In this document: positions 1 to 10,151 of the stretch, piece by piece
Numbering within the stretch: position 1 is the stretch's first letter
Layout: each line of letters opens with the position of its first letter
Translations under genes and position numbers: made by a program
The notes under the pieces: generated by a model
What the model was told of the DNA's origin: nothing
Database searches by the model: none
What the model saw: only the letters and a program-made list of their open reading frames with translations
IMG/VR virus record: IMGVR_UViG_3300025466_000014
DNA length: 64,000 nt
Direction: 5' to 3' (one strand)
Origin: a virus

Positions 1-2
1 TC

Positions 3-581
3 TTCTCTTGGCCTAGGCACATGGTTGAAGGCGACACAAAAGATTCCAGAGCATGGCGAGAGCAAGAAGACGCGTGGTGGACAGAGCGTCTAGACTTCGG
101 CGTCCCAATTACGCCTCGTTGGGTTTTGCAATATATTGGAACAGAAGTTTTCAGGAACAACTTTCAATCCAATATTTGGGTGCTGGCGCTAGAACGTGCA
201 ATAGACACATGCCCTACAGACGTCGTTATAACCGACGCCCGGTTCTTTCAAGAGTTTGAATTCCTAAAAGCCAAGCAGGCAAAGATTGTAGGTCTTCATC
301 GTGTTACTCCTAAATGGTTAGACAAGTTCTACAAAGGAGTAGAAGCAGAGATGGAGAAGACGGAATGGACTTGGAGTACCCCCACGCTTAATACGGCCTA
401 CCTAGACGACCTGGCTAAGGCTGCAAATCAGGTTGTGGTAAAGCAACAGATTAAGGGGCCTAACGGTCATCTTCTCCACTCCTCCGAGTACCTGCATTTT
501 CTGTGGCAATGGTACGATGTTGTAATTGAAAACAAATCTGACGTAAACAGTCTATTTACCAAAGTAGAAACTTTTGTGTAA
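3..581 (+). CDS. deoxynucleoside monophosphate kinase, 5'-truncated by window edge
   Basis: Frame is open upstream of the ATG at 21 (FSWPRHMVEGDT..SRAWRE); motifs TPRWVLQYIGTEVFR and VVITDARF..E match T4 gp1-like dNMP kinases. Confidence 0.8.
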   Translation, partial: FSWPRHMVEGDTKDSRAWREQEDAWWTERLDFGVPITPRWVLQYIGTEVFRNNFQSNIWVLALERAIDTCPTDVVITDARFFQEFEFLKAKQAKIVGLHRVTPKWLDKFYKGVEAEMEKTEWTWSTPTLNTAYLDDLAKAANQVVVKQQIKGPNGHLLHSSEYLHFLWQWYDVVIENKSDVNSLFTKVETFV

Positions 582-587
582 CTTTCG

Positions 588-2726
588 ATGCTGACAATAA
601 AAAAATTCGGTATAGGTGGTGTAGGTCCCTTTAAGAAGCAGGTTAGCCTGGACATTGTTCCAGGCATAACTTACCTTTACGGTAAGGATATTACAAAGGG
701 TGGTAACGGTAATGCGGCTGGTAAGTCTTTATTTGCCGCGTCCTCAGCAGAGATTTTCTACGATACACCCTTGGTAGGTCATAAGCAGGATAGGGCAAAG
801 AAAGGTTCTAGGTTTATTGAATTCGTTAAGGACGGCAAGACAGTAAGAATCGAAACGGTCTTTAACGGTAAAAGTGAAAAGGTTTCTATTGAGATCTCAG
901 GCAAAGACGGCACGGAGCGCACTAACAAGATGACCAAAGAAGCGGCTAGAAAGCTTTGGTCAATTAGTGAAACAGACTACCGTACATACGCCTATTTAGA
1001 TTCACAGGTCCCCCATCCGCTGGTTCGTGGTTCGACTACAGAGCGTAAAGAGTTCTTTACCTCGTTCTTTAGGCTCGATATACTAGATGCCGAGAAGAAA
1101 ATCTTTCAAGCAGAATTGCTTAGAGTTAAAAAGGCAAGGACTGCTCTTATAGAGCTTGAAACTGCCTATAAAGATTTGACTAAAGATCTTCTTCCAAGAG
1201 AAAAATACATTGAATACTCTGAAAATCTTGCAAGGCTTGAAAAGCGATTAGAGACTCTGCGGGACCAATCTGCAAGTAATGCGCGCCTACAAAGGCTTTT
1301 GGATTTTGAGAGCTATGCTGGCCCTAATTTGACAAAACTTAAAAAGCTTGTTGATGATCTGGACGATTTCCATAAAATCCACAAGAGCTTCCAAAGAAGG
1401 TTAGCAGTAGCCAAGGAGAGAGAATCTCAATTAGAGGAGTACAAACTTTACAGGCGTGAATTAAAGAATTACAAAGACGCAATATCTGATTTGGATATGG
1501 ATGCGTCTATGGAAGATTTACGTGAAGCTTCTGAGGCTTATCAAAAGGCTAGTTCTAAATGTACTGAGCTTGAAGACCTAGAGGCTCCTAAAAAGGTAAG
1601 GCAGCCACAAAAGCCAGAATCAGACAGAGACCTCTTAGTTGCTAGGCGGTCCAAGTTAAAGCATGAGCGCGAACACTTTTTAAAATTCAAAAAAGGTATA
1701 TGCGAAACATGCGGACAATCTGTTAAAGTATCTTCACCAGAAAAGGTCAAAGCAAATCTTCTAAAGGTAGAAGCGGAGCTAGAAGAATGGGATACGTATC
1801 TTGAAGATTTAGAAACCTACAAAGCCTTTCTTAAAGAACAAGAAGCTTACAATAAAGACGTTGCGCTCTTAGAAAAGGCTAAAGCAATTAAGAAGAAAAA
1901 CAAAGAGCTCCACGAACTATATAAAAAGAGGTCTAGTTTAAAAGAGCCTACGCAGGTAGAAAAACCTGAAGACGTGGAAGAGATTGAATTTTTGCAGAAG
2001 AGGTTAGCGGTGCTTGACTTCTGCAAACCGCATATTGAGACTATTAGAGACTTAGAAACTTTAACCGAACAAGACCGTAATAAAAGATTCGATTTAACAG
2101 AGCTTGACGGGCTTCAAGAAGAAGTTACTGAAGTAAAAATAGCTTTAGAGATACATAAGTCTGTTCGAGGCAAGGCCAAAAACGTTAAAAGCCGAATAGA
2201 GGAGATATCTGTTCTAGTAGAGAACGAAAAGGCTTTGGAACTTTTGGTTGAAGGTTACGCAGAGAAGGCCATTAAGAAGATGGCAGTAGAGGCTATATCC
2301 CAGCGTCTAATGTCTACGGTTAACAAATACGCACCCCTGGTATTTGAGGACTATCACTTTGAATTTGTTTGGAATTCTCAAATATCTTTGCTAGTCTCTC
2401 GCAATGGAGGAGAGCCTACAGACGTTAGAAAGTTGTCGGGTGCAGAGTCCAAGTTGTTTACCCTAATCCTTGTCCTAAGTCTTTTAATGTTTGTGCCTAA
2501 AGCAAAGCGGTTGTCTTTAATTATTCTAGACGAACCCCTTGCCTCATTTTCGGAGGAAACTGGAGAGTTGTTTCACAAACTTTTGCCGCACATACAGCAG
2601 GTTATACCTTCAATTCTTGTCGTAACTCCTGACGCAAGAGAACGGTTTGAAGGTGCCAACGAGTTCACAGTTGTAAAAACATCTAAAGGTAGTCAAATTG
2701 TCCAAGGTCATCCATCTACTATCTAA
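588..2726 (+). CDS. sbcC: SbcC/Rad50/gp46-like ABC ATPase (recombination nuclease subunit)
   Basis: Walker A GNAAGKS, long coiled coil with central zinc hook CETCGQ, signature LSGAE, Walker B IILDEP. Confidence 0.92.
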   Translation: MLTIKKFGIGGVGPFKKQVSLDIVPGITYLYGKDITKGGNGNAAGKSLFAASSAEIFYDTPLVGHKQDRAKKGSRFIEFVKDGKTVRIETVFNGKSEKVSIEISGKDGTERTNKMTKEAARKLWSISETDYRTYAYLDSQVPHPLVRGSTTERKEFFTSFFRLDILDAEKKIFQAELLRVKKARTALIELETAYKDLTKDLLPREKYIEYSENLARLEKRLETLRDQSASNARLQRLLDFESYAGPNLTKLKKLVDDLDDFHKIHKSFQRRLAVAKERESQLEEYKLYRRELKNYKDAISDLDMDASMEDLREASEAYQKASSKCTELEDLEAPKKVRQPQKPESDRDLLVARRSKLKHEREHFLKFKKGICETCGQSVKVSSPEKVKANLLKVEAELEEWDTYLEDLETYKAFLKEQEAYNKDVALLEKAKAIKKKNKELHELYKKRSSLKEPTQVEKPEDVEEIEFLQKRLAVLDFCKPHIETIRDLETLTEQDRNKRFDLTELDGLQEEVTEVKIALEIHKSVRGKAKNVKSRIEEISVLVENEKALELLVEGYAEKAIKKMAVEAISQRLMSTVNKYAPLVFEDYHFEFVWNSQISLLVSRNGGEPTDVRKLSGAESKLFTLILVLSLLMFVPKAKRLSLIILDEPLASFSEETGELFHKLLPHIQQVIPSILVVTPDARERFEGANEFTVVKTSKGSQIVQGHPSTI

Positions 2727-3411
2727 GCCTGTGCCCGTATTTGGCACAGCCCGGTATTCTCCTTTCGAGCTGTCTGTTACTCTTAAAGACTTGAGAGTAT
2801 CCCATACCTACAAAGTTCGTGCCTCCGTACCTAATCGAGTCTGTGTCGAGAAGATGGTTAACTGCGGTTACCCTCAACCACATTGGGTTCACGTAACCGA
2901 TAGTCTGGACTTTTTAAAAGAGGGCGCAGTTAATTTTATATCAGCAGCTTTTAGTGAATTAGCTTTAACCAACATACCCAGTTTATCGGTTTTAAGTCTT
3001 GAAAAAGCAATTAAAGACGCATTAGCTAATGACGCAAAACAGAGTGTTCTGCCGCAAGTGGAAGAGTTGTCTCCCATGGACTACGTCAACATTGTCGCAA
3101 AACCCTCTCTTTTAAACTGCATTCAGACTACGGTTTACAAAATAAACCCGTATGCGCTTAGAAAAGAGATTCAGGAGATGATTTTAAATTTCCTGAACTC
3201 TAGAGTGTCTATTGCACAAATGAAAAACACTCTCAAAGGTAACCTTAAACTGGAGCAGCTTATTCCCATGATTATGGAAGCACTTCCTCTAAGAGATGCT
3301 GTCGCAAGACTTAAGACAGAATCCCTAGAAGCAGTATCCTTAGATACTGGGTTTCCTACTTTTGAGCTCTTGTACATTAGTAAAGTACGCAAATTAGAAA
3401 AGGGAAAATAA
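2698..3411 (+). CDS. hypothetical protein (possibly a clamp-loader small subunit; weak)
   Basis: 237-aa ORF overlapping the sbcC end and coupled to the next ORF; function guessed from context only. Confidence 0.6.
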   Translation: MSKVIHLLSKPVPVFGTARYSPFELSVTLKDLRVSHTYKVRASVPNRVCVEKMVNCGYPQPHWVHVTDSLDFLKEGAVNFISAAFSELALTNIPSLSVLSLEKAIKDALANDAKQSVLPQVEELSPMDYVNIVAKPSLLNCIQTTVYKINPYALRKEIQEMILNFLNSRVSIAQMKNTLKGNLKLEQLIPMIMEALPLRDAVARLKTESLEAVSLDTGFPTFELLYISKVRKLEKGK

Positions 3412-3698
3412 TGGCAAGCACCGGAGCACTAATAACCGCAGTATACCTGGATAAAACCGTGCAATTGTTGGTAGCTCCCTCAACGCTGGTTTTCGACGGT
3501 AAAAACTACGTTGACCCGTTTGTTGCCAAAACGGTTGTTATTTTAGGAGACAACCTCCTTACGTCTTCTCCTCAGGTTTATCCTATTAACCCTACGCCTT
3601 CTCCCGTATTCACTTACGAGAACGAACTTATTTGCACGGTAATCTCGGTGTCGGTTACCACTACAGATCAGGTAGACGTTATAAGCACTCCTGCTTAA
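3411..3698 (+). CDS. hypothetical protein
   Basis: TAATG overlap with the upstream ORF; Val/Thr/Pro-rich. Confidence 0.65.
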   Translation: MASTGALITAVYLDKTVQLLVAPSTLVFDGKNYVDPFVAKTVVILGDNLLTSSPQVYPINPTPSPVFTYENELICTVISVSVTTTDQVDVISTPA

Positions 3699-3702
3699 AT
3701 TC

Positions 3703-3742
3703 AATCGGCCAATCAAATAATCAGATAATCAGTCAAACAATT
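3703..3742 (+). repeat. degenerate 8-nt-period AATC array upstream of RBS
   Basis: AATCGGCC AATCAAAT AATCAGAT AATCAGTC AAACAATT, then AAAGGA SD and ATG at 3754; AATC at 3703, 3711, 3719, 3727. Confidence 0.6.
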
Positions 3743-3753
3743 AAAGGAAAATT

Positions 3754-4584
3754 ATGACAGTTACTATTTCTTCTACTGGTGTGCAGCAGGTGCTGGCGGC
3801 TGCTGGCGGTAATGTTTACGGCTTAGCCCTTAAAGTCAAGCCAAGCGCTCAAACTATTTTGCCGGCTCTGAAGCAGGACGGAACTCTGTTGGGGTATTAC
3901 CCACTTACCAGCAGCTACAATTTTCAAGGTACTGAGGTTTCAGCAAACCTAGGGGACACTACAGTACCTTTAACTACGGTTACGCGTCCAGCCGAACCTG
4001 GTAGCGGCGGCAAAGTAACGCAATTTGTGGCGGCCGTGTTTCCTAGCAGCATTGCGTCTAACCTAATTCCTTGGATGTCCTCTATTTTCGTTTCGCAATC
4101 TCCTGGCCTTTATCAGATGCACAACATTGCCAACGGACACGTTGTTACCACAGGTAGCGCAGGCTATACGTTGAACGCCCTTGCGTCCGGCCTGAATGCA
4201 GCCCTACCTACTGTAACTGCGGCAGCCGCTCCGGCAGTAACAACACCAGCAGCCATGACCTGGGCAGTGTCTTCAAAATACGCGGCAATTACTGCTAACA
4301 ATTCTTTTATTGACGTTAACTGGCAAACACTGTTCAAGACAAAAACTGCTGGTGACATTGGTCAGCGCATTTCAATTGTGTCTAATCCCGCTAGTGGCTT
4401 TGTTGCGTCTATTGTTCCAACTTACGCAGTTGAGGCCGGCACTACTGGTGCAATTCATGTCTACAATACTATTCGCATTACGCGCATTGCAGATGTTGCT
4501 CCTGGTCTTTTCACATTCAACTTTTTAGTCTACGGTCTTAACGGTTTGACTTCTGCTGTCGTTTTGAATTTGACAGTTCTCTAA
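3754..4584 (+). CDS. probable virion structural protein (Ala/Thr/Val/Gly-rich, beta-rich)
   Basis: Strong SD AAAGGA; few charged residues, like tail/head accessory proteins; followed by a terminator. Confidence 0.6.
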   Translation: MTVTISSTGVQQVLAAAGGNVYGLALKVKPSAQTILPALKQDGTLLGYYPLTSSYNFQGTEVSANLGDTTVPLTTVTRPAEPGSGGKVTQFVAAVFPSSIASNLIPWMSSIFVSQSPGLYQMHNIANGHVVTTGSAGYTLNALASGLNAALPTVTAAAAPAVTTPAAMTWAVSSKYAAITANNSFIDVNWQTLFKTKTAGDIGQRISIVSNPASGFVASIVPTYAVEAGTTGAIHVYNTIRITRIADVAPGLFTFNFLVYGLNGLTSAVVLNLTVL

Positions 4585-4596
4585 TATTAGAAAATT

Positions 4597-4634
4597 AAAA
4601 ATGGCCCTGTATGGAAACGTGCAGGGCCATTTTT
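4597..4634 (+). terminator. rho-independent terminator (bidirectional shape)
   Basis: AAAAATGGCCCTG..CAGGGCCATTTTT inverted repeat. Confidence 0.85.
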
Positions 4635-4644
4635 GCCCTTCCTT

Positions 4645-4655
4645 AACTGTAAATA
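4645..4655 (+). promoter_or_regulatory. putative phage promoter AACTGTAAATA
   Basis: Follows the terminator and precedes dnaN; same motif recurs ~10 times in coding orientation before genes. Confidence 0.55.
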
Positions 4656-4700
4656 CGGCGGTAAACACCTACCCAATCGTATTAACCTACAGACTATTAA

Positions 4701-5759
4701 ATGATAAACATTAAAGTAGAACTTACCTCCTTGGTTGACTCCCTTAGCGTAGTAACCAAGACTGCTCCGCCCACGTCCGGCAATATTACTTTCTCAGTTG
4801 CAAAAGGCAAGCTTAAACTTATCTCAGTTGCAGACTTAAGCCGGTGTTTTGTTATTGTGCCCTGTGAAGTCCAAGGTGAAGGCGAGTTTGCGTTGCCGCT
4901 TCAGGCAGTTAACGATGCCATTAAAGGTCGTGCATCCTTAAGTATGACCTACGATAAGACAATGCTGACAATTAAAAGCGGGAATTACAAAGCGGAGCTT
5001 GCTACAGTAGACGTAATACCTTTGGACGAGATGGAAGACGAGAAGGATGTACAAGAGTGGAAGGTAACTATTGAGCAAGGTAACTGGCTAGTCAAAGCAC
5101 TGCGCAGTGTGTCACTTAGACCAACCGCTCTTTTAAGTCCTTGGATGCCTGTGGGTGTTAAGTTAGATGACAAATATGCTTTTGTGGCTTGCTACGATAC
5201 GCAAAGACTTAGTTGGGTTTCTTCTAAAGAAATTAAGGGTAATTTGGAGATACTTCTGCCCATTGATACCATGCAGTCTCTAATGGACGTCTTTAGCAAA
5301 ACAAATTTTGTTATTGCACAAGGTAAGGCAAACATCAAGGTCAAGAACAAACTCTACGAAGTAATTCTTTCTATACCTACAGCAGATGATCTGCCCACGC
5401 TTAAAGACGTGCAAGGAAAAATTAAAGAGGCTATGAAAGTTTCCGCGTCTACTTTTGTTACTGCTAAAGAAAGTATTGCATCGTTCCTAGATAATGCTAA
5501 GGCAGTTATAGGTAAAGATCGCGCTGAGATAAATGTATCAGGTAAAGGTACTTCAATAGAGTTTCTGGTAAAGACTGGACAGGGTCAGGTTAAGAACGTT
5601 ATTAAAGGAACAGGTAAGGGCGATTTTAAAATCGACTATGAATACCTGCAAGAGGTCTTAACCAAGGCTGATGCCGAAGTTGTTCTTAACGTTGTTGAAG
5701 AGGCCTTTCTGTCTGTTAAGCTGGCATCCTCGACAGCAATTATTGCGCTTAATCAGTGA
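4701..5759 (+). CDS. dnaN: DNA polymerase III beta-like sliding clamp
   Basis: 352 aa (three-domain clamp size); N-terminus resembles DnaN (..SGNITFSVAKGKLKLISVADL..GEGEFALP..MLTIKSGNYKAELATVD); C-terminal FKIDYEYLQEVL. Confidence 0.75.
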   Translation: MINIKVELTSLVDSLSVVTKTAPPTSGNITFSVAKGKLKLISVADLSRCFVIVPCEVQGEGEFALPLQAVNDAIKGRASLSMTYDKTMLTIKSGNYKAELATVDVIPLDEMEDEKDVQEWKVTIEQGNWLVKALRSVSLRPTALLSPWMPVGVKLDDKYAFVACYDTQRLSWVSSKEIKGNLEILLPIDTMQSLMDVFSKTNFVIAQGKANIKVKNKLYEVILSIPTADDLPTLKDVQGKIKEAMKVSASTFVTAKESIASFLDNAKAVIGKDRAEINVSGKGTSIEFLVKTGQGQVKNVIKGTGKGDFKIDYEYLQEVLTKADAEVVLNVVEEAFLSVKLASSTAIIALNQ

Positions 5760-5772
5760 TTAGAAAGCAAAT

Positions 5773-6144
5773 ATGCAGTCCCTAGTAGATTTTAATCCTG
5801 GTGAGTTTTACGCGTTAGGTACCGGTCACGTTCTTGTTACCTCAAAGCAATCACCGGGAGTATTTTCTTTGGGTGAACAATTCCAAATGGAATCTATGTT
5901 CGATATGTGGGAGTTAAAAAGAAACAAGCAGGTAGTAGGTTTCTTTCTACACTCTGGCTTTACGGTTAAGAACGGCGGCGGCTATGTTGTAACCTATCTG
6001 GAATCCAAAAGAGGTAAAGCTAAGACCGGTTCTCTAACAATTCGCCATCCTGAGATGATGGTGTACACCTTTGAGGGTTGCGGGGCTTTAGCAGTTGCAA
6101 CAAAAGTAAATCCTAAAATGCTTGCAATTTTGCTGGAACAATAA
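5773..6144 (+). CDS. hypothetical protein
   Basis: Fills the gap between dnaN and the next ORF. Confidence 0.65.
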   Translation: MQSLVDFNPGEFYALGTGHVLVTSKQSPGVFSLGEQFQMESMFDMWELKRNKQVVGFFLHSGFTVKNGGGYVVTYLESKRGKAKTGSLTIRHPEMMVYTFEGCGALAVATKVNPKMLAILLEQ

Positions 6145-6145
6145 A

Positions 6146-6667
6146 ATGAGTCAAGCCTTAGTAAAACAGATACGCGGTAACGAAAACTACAAACAGTTTA
6201 TTAAGATTGTTGAGACTGTTCAGCAGCGTATAAACATTGAAAATTCCCAAAAAGAAGCATTAGCATTACACGCTGGTAGACTGAGTAGAAACCTGCATGG
6301 TGAGAAAAGATACTCGCCTAAGGCAATTATAGATGCCAACATGCAAGATATGTCTAACAGAGCCCGTTTAGTTGAGATAAGAGTTAAGAACGATTTGCAG
6401 CTGGCAACATTGCGTTCAGCTATTGAAGCAATGCGCAGGCACGTAAGTACCCAATATTCTGAAGAGCTTCGAGACTTCTCTACAGCAGGGCAACGCACGG
6501 CATTCGTTGACCGCGTACTAAAGGCGTCTGTGCAGCTCTTAGAGGAAGGCGAGGCCCTGATATCCATGTTGGACAGTCTTATAAAAGACTTGGATCAGAC
6601 TTCGCATACAATGCGGCACATTATTGAAGCTTTAAAACTTGTGTCTGAAAAAGGTAAGAACATTTAA
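6146..6667 (+). CDS. UvsY-like recombination mediator (helical)
   Basis: Start at MSQALVK after TAAAATG; C-terminal pattern LISMLDSLIKDL..MRHIIEALKL resembles UvsY; directly upstream of the UvsW-like helicase. Confidence 0.45.
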   Translation: MSQALVKQIRGNENYKQFIKIVETVQQRINIENSQKEALALHAGRLSRNLHGEKRYSPKAIIDANMQDMSNRARLVEIRVKNDLQLATLRSAIEAMRRHVSTQYSEELRDFSTAGQRTAFVDRVLKASVQLLEEGEALISMLDSLIKDLDQTSHTMRHIIEALKLVSEKGKNI

Positions 6668-6675
6668 AGGTTACT

Positions 6676-8193
6676 ATGGAAATTAAAGCCTTCAAGAGAG
6701 AAGCAGTCTTCATACCCATAAAGAAACTTGAGGCAAAGGTAGTAAAGCGAGTAAAAGAAAGACTTGAATTTAAGTTTTATGATGATAAGGTGTGTGCCAC
6801 CTGTGAATGGCTGCCTGAAAAACATAACGACATCTGTGATACTTGTCCTGCCTATAAAGGCGGCTACAACTTGGCTAGCGTTGTAAAGGTAGGCGCTAAA
6901 GCCAACAAGTATCTCAAAGTTCCGGTAGGCACGTTTGATAAAACAGCTAGGTACCTAAAGACTCATGGAGTTGAGATTAATCTTGTTAGCAAGACAGTTG
7001 ACCACAAGATTAAACCTGTAAACTTTACAGGTACGTTGCAGCCCTTGCAAGTAACCGCAGTAGACAAAATGCTAGAAAAGAAGCGCGGCGTCTTAAAGTC
7101 GCCTCCTCGCACCGGCAAGACAGTTATGGGTGCGGCATTGGTATGCAAGTTGCAGAAAAAGACATTGATAATGGCTTCTCAGCGCGACTGGCTAATGGGG
7201 TTTAAAGAAACCTTCGTAGGTTCAAAGACACAAAAACCTTTGACCGACCTAGAACCGGTACGCATTAAAGTATGCAAAACATTAGATGATTTTCGTAATA
7301 CAGATGTATGTTTGGCTACAGTACAGACGTTTTACTCCGAGGCAGGGGAGAAGCTTTTAGCCAAACTGCGTGATACTTTCAGTGTTATCCTAATTGACGA
7401 AGTACAAACTGCGGCTGCTGACAAATACGTCAAGATAATGGCTCGTTTAAATGCCGAATACTTGATAGGTTTATCGGGTACTCCTCAACGCAAGGACATG
7501 AAGGAAGTTTTGGTCGACAACGTGCTGGGCCCTATTTTGCATGAGGTCACAGTCGACAGAGTTCGACCACACGTAAAGCTAACAAAGACCGCTTACACTA
7601 AGACCTACAAAGGGCAGATAATGTGGCAACGCATGGTGTCGGCTCTAGAGAACGACCCGAAAAGATTAAAGTTAATTGCCAATCAAGCCGTTAAAGACAT
7701 AAAAGATGGGCACTTAGTTCTAATTCCAATGGCGCAGGTAAAGCCCATTGCAAAGCTAGTAAAGTTAATAAACGACTTAGCTGGAAAAACAGTTTGTGTG
7801 CCTTTTACTGGCAAAGAGAAAAAAGAAGTTAGGGATTCAGTTATTCAGAAAGCACGTAACTACAGACTTAAATGTTTGGTCGGCACTGCAAAGATTCTCT
7901 CTGTTGGTATTAACATACCAAGAGCTTCTATGCTGTATGAGTCTATTATTTCAAATAATCTGCCTGCAGCAGAACAAAGATTTGCTCGCGTCTTAACGCC
8001 TATGGAAGATAAACCGCCAGCTTGCATACGATTTTTCTTAGACAGCTTTAGCATTAGGCGTAACTGTCTAAGAAACGAGTATTTCAATTGCTTGGTCCCT
8101 AAGTACAAACCTATAGTGGACGAAAGAACAAAGCTCCTGCTAAACTCTTATTTTAAAGAGAAAAATGCGGACGTAGTAAAGGTAGACTTGTGA
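6676..8193 (+). CDS. uvsW: UvsW-like SF2 DNA helicase
   Basis: Q motif LQPLQ, motif I SPPRTGKT, motif II LIDEVQ, motif III GLSGTP, motif V VGINIP, motif VI EQRFARVL; N-terminal CxxC..CxxC. Confidence 0.85.
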   Translation: MEIKAFKREAVFIPIKKLEAKVVKRVKERLEFKFYDDKVCATCEWLPEKHNDICDTCPAYKGGYNLASVVKVGAKANKYLKVPVGTFDKTARYLKTHGVEINLVSKTVDHKIKPVNFTGTLQPLQVTAVDKMLEKKRGVLKSPPRTGKTVMGAALVCKLQKKTLIMASQRDWLMGFKETFVGSKTQKPLTDLEPVRIKVCKTLDDFRNTDVCLATVQTFYSEAGEKLLAKLRDTFSVILIDEVQTAAADKYVKIMARLNAEYLIGLSGTPQRKDMKEVLVDNVLGPILHEVTVDRVRPHVKLTKTAYTKTYKGQIMWQRMVSALENDPKRLKLIANQAVKDIKDGHLVLIPMAQVKPIAKLVKLINDLAGKTVCVPFTGKEKKEVRDSVIQKARNYRLKCLVGTAKILSVGINIPRASMLYESIISNNLPAAEQRFARVLTPMEDKPPACIRFFLDSFSIRRNCLRNEYFNCLVPKYKPIVDERTKLLLNSYFKEKNADVVKVDL

Positions 8194-8774
8194 CACACAC
8201 AAAGGTTAGAGTTGTAGTAAAGAATAAACATCTTCTAGACGGACTAGTTCACGGCTCTATTTGGAGACAAGGCTCTTTTGTATGGGAGCCGCAGTCGTTT
8301 GTTTTAGAGTCGCCAAAGCTAGACGGTCGAATAATAGAAGATTCTGTTATGGTAGAGTCTCTGGAGAATTTCAGAACGAATCCTACAGCACCACAAACAT
8401 ACGTAGTTGCGGGAAATCCAGATGACAATAAGGCTAAATACTTTGCTGCCTATTTAGCCCTAATTCATAAGGAGAGATTAAAACATCATGCCAACATCGT
8501 CTGGGAAAATATCTTTGGTGGATTTGACAATCTTCTTCTTAAAAAAGACACTGACCCTTCGATGCTAATTTTATCTGGTCTAGCTGAAAACTCTACGAAC
8601 ATAAAATTCGAGAAAGCTAGAGACCTTATAGAACGTTGGCCGGACATACCTAAGGTAATTGTCTGCGCAGGTGAAGATCCTATATCGTTTGCCTCAACTA
8701 AATTGCACATAGCTGCGCACTCTATTGCGTACTTCCCAAGTAGAATGTCTAAGACAGTTCAGGAAGTAATGTAA
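8190..8774 (+). CDS. hypothetical protein, possibly a degenerate DnaC-like helicase loader
   Basis: Directly upstream of dnaB; alpha/beta pattern with an eroded P-loop-like VVAGNPDDNKAK. Confidence 0.4.
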   Translation: MTHTKVRVVVKNKHLLDGLVHGSIWRQGSFVWEPQSFVLESPKLDGRIIEDSVMVESLENFRTNPTAPQTYVVAGNPDDNKAKYFAAYLALIHKERLKHHANIVWENIFGGFDNLLLKKDTDPSMLILSGLAENSTNIKFEKARDLIERWPDIPKVIVCAGEDPISFASTKLHIAAHSIAYFPSRMSKTVQEVM

Positions 8775-8783
8775 CTATAAATA
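8773..8783 (+). promoter_or_regulatory. putative phage promoter AACTATAAATA
   Basis: T4-late-like TATAAATA 6 nt before the dnaB ATG. Confidence 0.5.
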
Positions 8784-8789
8784 CAAAGA

Positions 8790-10151
8790 ATGTCTATAAA
8801 AATTGTATCTCCCCGTGCCGAACTCTCTGTGCTTAGAGCAATAACTTCTAAGAACAAAATCATTGCAGGAACTGTTCTACAGGGCGTAGACGAGTCTTAC
8901 TTTGATTCTCCTGAGAGTAAAGAAATCTTTACCGTGATGAAAAATCACATGGCGCGTACAGGTGAAAGTCCTACCTACAAGCTTCTCTTAGAAGACCCAG
9001 AGCTTTCAACAGACGCGCGTTCCTTTTTTAGGGATTCTGAGGCAACAATAACAACACCAGAAGAAGCCGTTAAGGCAGTAAAGATTCTAAACAAGTATCG
9101 CCAGACCCGAGGCCTGTACGAGCTGGCGGCAGACATTGATCGCAAAATGCAGGCGGGTAAATTAGATATTGACGCTGCATTAGAGCAGGCCTCCAACGTT
9201 GTTAGTTCTCTACGTGCTAACAAGAGCAAAAAAGATGCATTCCTGCATTTCGGCAAAAGCAACAATAGTTTGGGTTTCATTAAAGACTTAATCTACAGCG
9301 AAGACAATGACGACGTAATACCGACCGGTATTCCTGTTTTCGATGAACAGTCCGGCGGCTTCATGCGCGGCGGGTTGGTAACACTAGGCGCGTCCTCTGG
9401 TGGCGGTAAATCTGTTCTGGCTAATCAGCTTGCTAAAAATATGGCAGAGCTAGGATACAAGGTCCTCTTGGTTCCTCTTGAAATGACAAGACTCGAGATG
9501 AGCGGGCGCTTAACTGCTAACGTTGCCAAGATGGACGTTACTCGGGTTCTGCAAAAACGGTTAGCATCTGGTGAAAAGGACTTGGCCTTCGCTAAGATGA
9601 AACGCTGGATGCACAAAGTTAAACTTGCAGGTGGGCGTCTAACTTACTTCGATCCAGGTGAAGATCTAGATTTAGAAGAGATTTTTGCAGCCTCTAACAG
9701 CTACGATTGCGATGTAGTTATTATTGATTACATATCGCTTCTTAAAGGTGTTGACGGCGATGACGCTTGGCAGAAATTAGGTGCAGCCGCACGTACTGCT
9801 AAGGTAAACGCTAAGGCTACCAATCGTGTGAACGTTTTGCTCTGTCAGGTATCTGAAGACGGTAAGATTCGATACGCACGTTCTATTTCAGAGCATAGCA
9901 ATAGCAGTTGGGTATGGGTAACGGACAAGAATGAAAGAGCTAAGCCTATTGGACGTATTCGAGTTGAACAGCCTAAATCGCGTAACAGTAGGGCATTCCC
10001 GTTTGAGATTGGCATCGAGTGGGCATTTATGCGAGTAGTTTCAGTGGAGAATCAAAGCGAAGTTGGTGAGGTGGCGGAACCAACAAACACTAAGGGTAGT
10101 CGAGGTGTAACGGAAAAAGAGAAACCTAGAAGGAATTTAGCAGATGTATGA
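8790..10151 (+). CDS. dnaB: DnaB-like replicative helicase
   Basis: N-terminal AELSVLRAI helical domain; IPTG; Walker A GASSGGGKS; LEM; Walker B VVIIDYISLL; CQ; KSRN arginine finger. Confidence 0.9.
   Translation: MSIKIVSPRAELSVLRAITSKNKIIAGTVLQGVDESYFDSPESKEIFTVMKNHMARTGESPTYKLLLEDPELSTDARSFFRDSEATITTPEEAVKAVKILNKYRQTRGLYELAADIDRKMQAGKLDIDAALEQASNVVSSLRANKSKKDAFLHFGKSNNSLGFIKDLIYSEDNDDVIPTGIPVFDEQSGGFMRGGLVTLGASSGGGKSVLANQLAKNMAELGYKVLLVPLEMTRLEMSGRLTANVAKMDVTRVLQKRLASGEKDLAFAKMKRWMHKVKLAGGRLTYFDPGEDLDLEEIFAASNSYDCDVVIIDYISLLKGVDGDDAWQKLGAAARTAKVNAKATNRVNVLLCQVSEDGKIRYARSISEHSNSSWVWVTDKNERAKPIGRIRVEQPKSRNSRAFPFEIGIEWAFMRVVSVENQSEVGEVAEPTNTKGSRGVTEKEKPRRNLADV

Noticed and set aside
258-263. 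Restriction-site content (e.g. GAATTC here, frequent GATC) as evidence for modified DNA
   Set aside because: Sites are present, but no observed/expected counts could be computed, so no inference is drawn
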